A stretch of DNA of 64,000 nt from positions 2,057,530-2,121,529 of the forward strand of contig MU004238.1 of the NCBI GenBank assembly GCA_010405405.1, written 5' to 3'. This document shows, in pieces, positions 38,266-48,085 of this stretch (positions within the stretch are counted from its first letter, which is position 1; every line of letters starts with the position of its first letter). This DNA is from Microthyrium microscopicum. Taxonomy: Eukaryota. Made by a program: the position numbers and the translations under genes. The notes beneath the pieces are model-generated. The model was not told where the DNA came from. It did no database searches and worked only from the letters and a program-made list of their open reading frames with translations.

Positions 38266-41200
38266 TCATATACCCGCCATCACGGTATCTCCAATCTCCC
38301 CGTTTGCCGTAGGAGGCATTTCGCCAACACTCTGTGTCGCTCCAGCCGTTGCCGCCTGTTGCATTCCCACAGCCCCTCGTTTCTTTCCAACCGTTTTCTT
38401 CAGCTGTTCTGCGTGCGCCAACGCAGCTTGTTCCATGTCATACTTCACCTTCCATTCTACCCAAGGCTTCCCTTCCTTCAAAGCCTGCTGCATCTCCCAG
38501 TGTTTCTTGACGAGCGGCAACAGTGCCCACCAATAGCCGCAGCTGCTCACACCACTGCCTACGCGGCGCATGACACCAACCTCCACCATCCAGTCGATCG
38601 CGAGCTCTACTTCCCATAGCTCGAGCTGGTCTTTCATATGCACTACAAGCTCCTTGGTGGTCACACCTGCGCCTGTAGTAGCTCGATGAATGATCATGTG
38701 AAGCACACGAATCCAGCGATCGATCGCGACATCTGTGCCAAAGATGCTCCAATACGGGAGACGTGCACGTTTTCGAGAATCCTTCTTGGGCCGCATCGGA
38801 ACTGGTGTCTTGGCTACTTTATCTGTGAGCGGCATACCGTATACGTAATTGTCGAGAGCCTCGATTTCCAAATCCCAGAAGAAGCGCTCTTTGGGTACCC
38901 TCTTGGTCTCATAGCTGTCTTCTGCGAACCCGTAGACGGAGAGTCGGGGCCAGGGTGCGCCAATCTTGTTGACCGTCGGTGGCAGGCGAGGGAGGGTACG
39001 CAGCTGGTGGGCCGCACAGAGTTCTGTGACAACCATTGCTTGGGCGTCGTCAATGTACTGTGTTAATTCTGCGTATTCGCCTGACGGTTTAAAGCGCCAG
39101 AGCGGGAGATTGTTGCGCGCTCGGCGTTTGCGTTTCTTTTCGACGCGGCCATCCAGGACTTTGTCGAGTTCTTTGTCTGCTGCTTTGTTGCCGTTAAGGA
39201 CAGTTATCTGGCCGCCAACTGTAGTAAGTGGCTCGCCAGACGTCTTCTCGGCCGATTTGTTGGGTACCTTTTTGGCTTTTTTGCCAGCTTTCTTGGCAGA
39301 GATACCGCCAGAGCTCCTCTTGATAGGCTGAGTTCGTACCGTAATGGGCTGAGCAGCACCCCGATCTTGCTCTGACCCGCTCAACGGGGCATTGAGTATA
39401 TCTTCAATAACCTTGGCGGGTGCGCGCTTATCTGCAAGTTGTCTTCCAGCTTTGATCTCATTATCCAACTTTTCTTTGTAGGCAACGGCACGCTCAAAAT
39501 CTTCCATTTTCCAGACTCGTTTTTGACTCAATAGGCTCTTCATGGGATCCAAGAGGAAGTATTTGCCCCTATACTTCTTGATTTGCTTGCAGACCATGAG
39601 ATCCTTCATAGCAGCTTCGAGTTTCTTGTTCTTGATGGAGTAAAGCATCTTTGCAGCCAACGGATACTTGCTACTAACATTCCGATCCGCAGCTACACCG
39701 CGGGCCCATGAGCGGATAAACTGTTTTTCAAACTCCTTGTGCTTCTTTGGTCGATGTAAAGGCACACTAGAAACGTAATTGGACGCCAATCTACGACGTC
39801 TCATATTCGTGGTAGACGGCCGGCCATACGCTTCCCGAGAAGCAGTGTTACTCCTCTCGGTGACGGTGTAATGGTACTTGTGCAGCTCGCCTGGACGCGG
39901 AACGATACGCTGGCCTGACATGACCTGCACATTCTTCATTGCCCATTCGACAATAGTAGGCCAGTGGCAATCTTTTAGCACTCTGAGATTCACTCTTGGT
40001 ACTAAGCCTTCTTTGTAGGCTTTCAAAAACTTGGTTCGGAACTCTTCGCGGATGCATTGGATCTCTTGGGCTTTTGACTTCTTGATTGAAGTCCAACGAT
40101 TCTTGAAGTTGATTTGACAGTAATTCGGGTAACCGTCAAATAGAGGATCAAGATAACGCCAAGAGATGTAGCCGTTGGCCCCTCCTGCCAGTTCTCCAAG
40201 GACAACGACGCCGTATATCAGTTTCTTCTCCGCAGCAGAATCAATGATACAAGCCGGATCTGCTCGCGTAGGTCGCTTTGGGATTGGCTCGGCAGTTCTA
40301 AACACCGGAACACGTCGCTGCATATATGGTGGTTGTGGCATTATCTCTGGTTGGCGTTGAGCCCAAAGAGGAGTGGGTATCAAGACTCCTTGGAAGAAGC
40401 CCTGGGATGTTGGAGGCGCAAACTCAAGTACCGGATCAACAGGCACATTCACATACTCTTGATGCCATGGCGCCTTTACGACTGGAATTGGCGCCTCTGC
40501 ACGCGAAGTCGAGGCTTCTGCGCTTGAGGTTGTATGTAGTAAAGATGGATGATAATCGGACACGGCTGGAATGAGATCGGCAAGGGTTTGGTGAAACTCT
40601 GGCTCTGGAGCAGGTGGCGACATCGCTTGCTGCCATGGCATCGGGGGCTCTGTTGAAGATTGGTTGCCTTGCCATGGCATCGGAGGATGTGCCCGGTATT
40701 GGTTGTCTTGCCAGGGCATTGGAGGATGTACCAGCTGTTGATTATCGTGCCAGGGCATTGGAGCATGGGCTAGTTGTTGATTTTCTTGCGATGGCATTGT
40801 ACGATGTATCAACCGCTGATTATCTTGCCAGTTCATGGATGGAATGGTCTGCTCTGGTGATTGGCTTGCAAGTTCTGGGACGGCAGGCTGCTCTGGTGCC
40901 GGAGCTATGGCTACCGTTTCTGCTCGAGGAGGCTCCGCAGTTTCCTGAGCTGTATCATCTTGTTGTGGCAAAGATTGCGACAATTTCGACTTTGGCAAAG
41001 GTTTACCATCGGCATCACGTACTCGAGGCCGTGGACCAGGTTTACGCTTCAATTTTCCCGCCTTTGTGTACTTGTTTGGAGGGGGCCTACCAATGCCCAA
41101 GCCACTGCTACTTGCTAGCATCTTTAATGGTAGAATTCGAGGTTTCAACGCGCGGTGTTTATGTCCAATGCTGTAATTGACAAATCCACGTTTCCGGTCC

Positions 41201-44200
41201 TGCGAGAGCGAAATCTTATGACCGGACGCACGCCATTCCTTAAGTTCCTCTTGCATCTCTTGAGTATCTTCAGGCACTGGCATCTTTCGGCGTTGCTTTC
41301 TAGGTGGGGCTTGCTGCTGATCATCAGCTTCGTCGTCCGCATTAGCAGCATCTGCCTGAGTAGCTTGTGCCCGTTTTCTCGGCCGTGGAATCGGCAAGAC
41401 TGGTTTCTCTCCCAAGTTCAGAATGGGATCCCGCAGGACAAAATCATAAGCGGCGGTCCGAGGTGCGATTCTAAAGTCTGTCGATACCGTGCCATTTTGT
41501 GCATTGAACGTCTGAACAGGGTGGATAAGCTTTTGGTGGAAGTGAAGAATGGTTTCAGCCGCTGTTGTTGGTCGAAAGATATGACCGTTGAGAGATCTGG
41601 CATGAATGGGGTCTGGCAAAGATTGTGGGTACAAGCTGATGTCGAGCTCGCCTTCATGTAGAACTGAAGGTTCCCCCCCATCGGTCGTGAGGCGCCGTCG
41701 CTTGGACGGACGCCCACTATCTTCTTCATCCGACGAGGAAATTGCTTGAGTAGTAGTTCGCGTATTCTCATTCCACTCTGGCTGAGTAAGAGGGATCAAG
41801 GTCGGTCCGCCCCATACTTTCATATTGGGTATCGGTTCGGAAAAGTGATCATACAATCCAGTTTGAATTGCGTCCAGTTTCCGCTGATTGTCTTGCAGGG
41901 TTTTGTCGTGCTTAGCTTTACGCTGTCGAAACATTTGACGGGCCTCTGTAGCAGAGGACCAGAGAGCTGGTGATGCGATCAGGACGGGGGCATTAGCCCG
42001 GTTCTGCTGATCAGCATATGCATCATCTCGCCGTCGTTTGCGCTCTTGCAGCGAAAGAAGTGCCTCCGGTGCGTTAACTAATTCTTCCGCAAAATCGTCG
42101 GGCGCTTGAGGAACAACTGTGTAGCCAAGATCTTTTCTGTGGTACCTATCCACATGGACACGGGGTTTGGTACGCTTTCGAAATTCCACGTTTGAGTGAA
42201 GCCAGTAATTTGGATAGGCCCTAATCATGTTCTGCATCGTGGCTTGAGCCAGAGGTGACTTGAAAGGCTCATTCATACCTTCCGTCTCTGGCAAATAGAT
42301 TAAATGCTTGATGACATTTTTGCCCTTTCGATCAATGAAGTTGAACCCAATCCGTTTGATTTCGTTATTAGCAAAAGCGTTTTTGAAGGTTCGGTTCACA
42401 GTATTTCGATCAGGGGGTATCTCTCCAGGATGCTGTTTCTTCCACAAGTTGATGAAAGGTTTTACAAACTCGCCATCACCACCAAATACACCATCCGCAA
42501 GGCGCAGAAGTTCGACAGCGCATTGAATCTTGCCATGTCTTGCAGATCCGGTGTTCAATGATATGCCTTCTTTTGGTTTCATCTTACGCCGTTGTTTGGG
42601 TTTGGTTTGTTCTTGCCAGTTGTGTTCAGCAACCCAGTTTATATTTTCAGGAGGGGGGGCCGGCTGCACGGCCGTGGATGGTGAGAGAGAGGATATAGTT
42701 GGTTCATTGGCTGGAGGGACTGCTTGGTCAACAGGCGGAGGTACAGTCGCTTGCGGCACAACAGTTGAGCTTTCCACAATCTCAGCGTCAGCAGGAAAGG
42801 GATTCTGACTATAATGAAACGATATAATGCCGCCCTTCTTCCTCTTGAGAGAGATGCCTTGTTTGGTTGATTCGGTGGTAGTGTTGAGAGGCGGTGGTGA
42901 CATGGACAGTATCTCATCAATCGTCACGATCGGTATAACGACTGGAGTCTCCGGGGTGGCCACTGTAACCGAATCTTTGGGTGGTTGTACAAAGTGGCGA
43001 GGTTTAGATGCACTACCCACCACCACAGGTTCTTCTTCTTGATCACTGTCTGCAATCTTTCGTAGAAACTTGAGCACCAAACTTGGTTTTCCATCCTTGG
43101 TAGGCCGACCCTTCTTCTTGACTTTTATAACTGTATATTTACCAACAGGAACGGGCTGTAGTGCAGCTCGTTTGATGGTGGCTGCGGTAAGACGAGGTTT
43201 GTTGCTATTTCGAGTGGCAGCCTTGGCTATCGCCGGCCGATTGTTGCGTACAGTTTTACCAGTTTTCTGCCGCTTGTGTGGCCGCGAAGCATCATCATTC
43301 AGGGCAGTTCTTGAGACAGGGAGATCTGATTCTACAATGACATTTTCCGGAAGAGCTGGTCGCGATCGCTTTTTCTGGAATGGGTTCTCGGGCATGAGGC
43401 CTTTTGGACGTCGTGCTCGTCTGAACCACTGAAGGTCAAACTTGTTGGGTTCACCCGGTCGCTGTATCAAGTGAGGCTCCCGTTTTGTCAGCTGCACGAT
43501 GGGATCCTTGAAGGCCTGCGCGGTAGTTGTGATCGTAGCAAGGCTTGGTTTTTCATAGAATGAAGCATTGCGAAGCGGGAATCCCCATTTGTCGAGTTTC
43601 GGCTTCACAAGGTTCTCAAATTTGTGGTTTTTGGGCATGATGACTTTCCACTCGATGTTGCCCTTGTCAGCTTCTGCCTTAAACGCTTGTATGTCTTTGT
43701 AAACGTAGTGAGCGTTGCCATTTGTGACTTGGGTATCACGAATGATTGCTAGATGTCTTAGGTGTGGAGGCTGGGAATTCTGCCAATTATCGGTGATTCG
43801 AGAAAGCAGAGTCTCGGCAGGTCGATAGAATATTTGTCCAAAGATGGATTGACGAGCATCCCGAGTGGTGAGTCCTGTGTATCCGGACTGCGTTATCACA
43901 TAGCGAGCTATTTGGAGTGGATGACGACGCGGATCCCAATAATTGATGCGTCTCGGTTTCTCGGCGCCTTCCTCGTTATTTTCACCCACGCTGACACTTT
44001 CAGCGGCTGCTTGGTTTGGTTCCTGGGCTCCTGGAGCCTCAAGCTCATTAGATGGAGCCTCTTCTCCTTCTTGATCCTGGTGATCGTTTGTCAATTGTGC
44101 CGGAGCTGCTGAATCTGTGATGGACTGCTCATGAGCGTTTTGCACATCAGCATCAGCCTCATCGTTGACCGTTGACTCTATAATTTCCTCAATTTGAGCA

Positions 44201-45537
44201 GGCTTTTTAGGCTGACGGCGAAGACCGAGCTTGGATCGCCAATTCTCTCGGTCCTTCCGACTAACCAAATGCGCATTTTTACGGTCCTCTTTGGTAGGCT
44301 GACGTAAGAGTCGAATGCAAGGACAGAAACGAGGTTTTCCAGTTGCGAGATGCGGAAGGTCACTGGGGGCGGAGAATCGTTCGAGCAATCCTAGAATCTC
44401 CAGTCGCTCAAGGCCCCGACTAAGTGATCGTCGTTTCCAGATATCTTGGTCTCCTGTAACGATACCGGCAACACCATACAACGTGTCAATGGATATAGCG
44501 CCACCAGTCTTTGTTATCTCAACGATTTTAGTAACCAGGCTGTCCAGGTCAAATTGAGTTCCATTGAAGATTTGATCCGTCATGCCGGCATTGGACCATG
44601 TAGTACCGGTCTCTTTGCCATACCTTGCAAGTCGTAGCAAACTGGTTCTATGACCTTTGATAAAGATTGGGATCTTCTCGATCAGTCCTTTATCGGCCAG
44701 GTTGCTGGTCCGCTTCGGAACAGATCTTTTGTCTTGTCCAGAAATTTTGGTAAGCTCTGACTGAGGGATGCCAGCTTCGCGATATGTGGCAATGATTTGC
44801 AACGCCTGAAACTCCATGCTAGGGACGATTTTTGGGTTGGGATCAGAATTTGCCAGCGCAAGCCAGATGCGTTTCTCGGTTGTATAGATCCGAATATGAG
44901 GATTTAGTAAGGTTTCGGATTCTGGATCTTCCGGGCGATTTTGAGCTTCTACAGATTGAAGCTGGGTGAAGGAGAGATGATTGAGAGCACCATCCTTGCC
45001 AATGACAAAGTCGTCGCCCTCTTGGAGCCATTTCCAGACCCGAGACAAGAAATCAATGTCATCTTCGAGAGAATCAGAAGGTGAATTTAGATTGTTTGTG
45101 TCGTGAATTTTGTAGAACTGAACAACAAAGTTCTTGAATTGTTTAGTGGTGACGCCTATAATTTAGGATTAGCACATTTAGTCTCAAAGAATGGTTTCAA
45201 CCGAGCACAAATGAGATGCATGCCCCCAACCCGTCCAATATCTGTCAACGACTAGAAGAAGCGTATACGCTACTTCTCATCGTAATCGATATTCAAACCA
45301 ATCTTGTACGCACTCGTTGGAAAACAAAACACTCTAAACCAGAGCGTTGTACATAAGAGCCAGCGAAGCTGATGGGGCACGCCAGCCTTATGCCGACGAC
45401 GTAGGTTGAAAAGCGACCAATAAAAAGGTACGCAGGGGAATGAGCAACAAGTTCTTACCTTGAGGGCCGTGGATAGCGATTTCGTTTAAGACATGTTCGA
45501 GAAGTCGATCCAAACTGGCCTGAAAAGGCGGCGCCAT
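38266..45537 (-). CDS. TFC3: RNA polymerase III transcription factor TFIIIC B-block-binding subunit (Tfc3/Sfc3/tau138)
   Basis: Exon 1 45537..45459 (MAPPFQASLDRLLEHVLNEIAIHGPQG), intron 45156..45458, then in frame with the 2260-aa ORF. B-block winged-helix signature GIPQSELTKISGQDKRSVPKRTSNLADKGLIEK; QPPHLRHLAIIRDT; C-terminal LELWEVELAIDWM...GYWW. Confidence 0.88.
40631..40843 (-). repeat. Coding minisatellite, 39-bp period (13-aa PMPWQDNQxxxH unit), ~6 copies
   Basis: TGCCATGGCAT-like anchors at 40631, 40670, 40709, 40748, 40787, 40826. Confidence 0.9.
45191..45419 (-). ncRNA. Candidate structured RNA element within TFC3 intron 1
   Basis: Several hairpins plus an 8-bp long-range closing stem (45195..45202 with 45404..45411); G-U pairs work only on the minus (sense) strand. 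Confidence 0.4.
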
Positions 45538-45613
45538 GGCGGGGTATACTTTTCAGCAATGATAGTATCGTGTAGATGTCCAAGGCGAGGGATGGAAAAG
45601 TGGTGGGAGCGGT

Positions 45614-45804
45614 GTTCGAACAGCCGTGCTGGTGTTGAGTGTCGAGGGTGTAGGCAAAGGTGGTGGAATAAGTTTCGGTAAAGTTGCTAGAGGATGCGAG
45701 GCTAACTTTTAATTCGGTACTAAGGTGGGGTGTTGAGTGGGCTGGTCCGTGTGCCTTCCCTGTTGGGTCATTCAAGACGTGCTTGCCTAGTTTCCGGTTC
45801 GAAC
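45614..45804. promoter_or_regulatory. Two B-box-like (TFIIIC-binding, ETC-type) motifs upstream of TFC3
   Basis: GTTCGAAC at 45614..45621 and 45797..45804; the second reads GTTCGAACC on the minus strand, a perfect GTTCRANNC core. Confidence 0.55.
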
Positions 45805-46237
45805 TTCGTTCCGGTACTGCACCTTCCAAGTCAATATTGAAGGATGAAAACAGATGTCGAGTAATTCTGGGCTATTGGTTGTACTTTGGATTTCTGTAGT
45901 ATTTTGATGCTTTGGAATTGCGAACCTTGGGTGGCATGGTTTTGGCCCTTTTGGGTCCTGCGAGGCTGTGACTTCAACATATGTCATCGTACCACAACTG
46001 AGTTACTTTGAACAGAGTTGACAACGATCTCCCATCACTTACGAAGTCTCCCATCGCAAGTCGAAAAAGGCGGATGCTATTGTTCCCAGGGCATCCGCTG
46101 CTAGGTCGAACAATTCACTAAGGATAAGCGTAAGGAGTATAACTTGCCTGCATGATAGGCCCATGATTACAGTGGGCGGTTGATAGAGTGCCTTCGTACC
46201 GAAGACTTCCTCATTATAGATTTGTAGCTTCAAATAT

Positions 46238-47931
46238 CTATTCTGACAGAAAGGTAAAGCCCAAGATCAGCTTGTCACCTTTCGGAGTGGCCATCATATC
46301 ATCTAGCTGTTCAATCCCTTCATCATCGATTATCGTAGTCTCGTAATTCGTATATATTGCAGCCAGTACAAGCTTGAGGACTATTCCATCATGTTAGCAA
46401 GCCGCAAGACTACCCATAGAGTCGCATGAAACTTACCAAGAAGTGTAAAGTTGTTCCCAACACACATCCTGCCTCCACTTCCAAAGACCCAGAACCATCG
46501 CCGCATATCATTACCTCCTTCGCGTTCAACGTCTTTCTCATCGCTATCATTCTTCGGCATCCATCTCTTTGGCTTCCACTTGTCTGCCTCAGGATAGATA
46601 TCTTCATTCCGATGCATGGAATACGGCGAAGCACTGATCGTTATGCCAGCAGGTATAAAGTACCCATCAACCGTCGTACCTCCCTCCGGCACCATACGCC
46701 GCTGAGGACCAGGAGCCGGAGCATTAAGCCTCAACGTCTCATGAATAACCGCATCCAACCTCGGCAATCCATCCAACGCCCTCACATTCTCCGTCGAAAA
46801 CGCCGTCTCATTCGGCAACGGATACTTGAACGTCTTCCCCAGTCCCAACAACTCCTTCCTCAACGCCTTCTGCACCAACGGCGTCCTCGACAGATGCCAC
46901 ATCGCATACGTAAGCGCAATACCAATACCCTCCCTCCCAGCCTCAATATTATCCAACAACTCCGACGCAACCAACAACTCCGTCTCCTTCTCCGACTGTG
47001 TCCCCTCAATCTTCGGAATCGTCTCTCGTAGCTGCGCATATACGACCGGAAACGTCTCAATCTGATCATCCTTAACAACCACCCTTCCCTCCAGCGCCAA
47101 AAACGCTTCCGTCCGTCGACACATATCCAAACACATATCCTCCAAGTCCTTCGTCGCAGCCTCCTTCCCCCTGAGCTGACGAAACTTCCTCTTCGCAGTC
47201 TCCAAATACTCCTTCCGCGCTGTCTCCCGCCCAGTCCTCACAATATCAATGCCATTCGCAGTCCCCATCTCATACGAGCTAATAAATTCCGCCCCCAACG
47301 CACACCCCATCTCGTACACATCACACCCCTCGCCTGCCAAATTCGTCAATGCGATGGCCGGCAGAAACCGTCGAAACAACAACACAGCCGCCATGGCCCG
47401 AAAGTCCTCCGATCTCAACAAATAGCTCTTCGAGTAAATATTAGACACCATACGTTTTCTCCGCGCATGCGACGCGCCATCGAATAACGTAACCAGGTTC
47501 GGCGTGCCATTATAATTCGCAAAAGCAAGAAACCACGCCGTCCGCTCAAAGCCGCCCGTATATATCTTCCTCAAGCCATCGAGGGAGGCGACGGAGACTT
47601 CGTTGGGAGCGAGTTGGATTATGGGCCCGTGGGCTTTGTGCGCGGCGGCGATGGTGCGGGATTCGTAGCCGGTGCGGCGTTTGTAGGTGATCCAGAGGGG
47701 TGTGAGGGAGGAGGTAAAGTGGGCGGCGGGGAGCTTGGAGAGCGGTGAGAGGAAGGCTGGGTAGATGATGTAGTTGTAGATGAGATAGCTAAAAGCTAGA
47801 AGGAATACTGTGGATGAGAGGGGAGTGAGGGTGATAGAGCCCCATTCTATCATTTTGATGTTGTTGGCGAGGAAGTTGGAGAGAGATTGATATTGATCTT
47901 GGAGTAGAAAGGTGAGGTCAAGCCCCCACAT
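46238..47931 (-). CDS. Cytochrome P450 monooxygenase
   Basis: N-terminal TM anchor, LSPLSKLP, ETLR (ExxR), WKPKRW, heme motif FGSGGRMCVG; intron 46381..46436; stop at 46238. Confidence 0.93.
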
Positions 47932-48066
47932 TTAAATGGCAGGTTTTCTTGGAATTTTTCGCTGGGGTCATGTCATATCTTGTTTATTTATTGATTTTAG
48001 TAATGAGAATGCTTAGTAAATTATGTTTTCTTCGCTCAAATGGGCAAAATTTGTCGCTGTTATTTG

Positions 48067-48085
48067 CATTAGCGGCGGTCTATGG
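48067..48085 (+). repeat. Left terminal inverted repeat (19 bp)
   Basis: CATTAGCGGCGGTCTATGG, preceded by TG (48065..48066). Confidence 0.95.

Noticed and set aside
45790..45880. tRNA gene around GTTCGAACC
   Set aside because: No acceptor, T or anticodon stems could be built, and there is only a partial A-box (TAGCCCAG). Kept as an isolated B-box.
7658..47931. Secondary-metabolite cluster (OMT, P450, transporters)
   Set aside because: No PKS/NRPS/terpene backbone gene, and the genes are dispersed among housekeeping loci.
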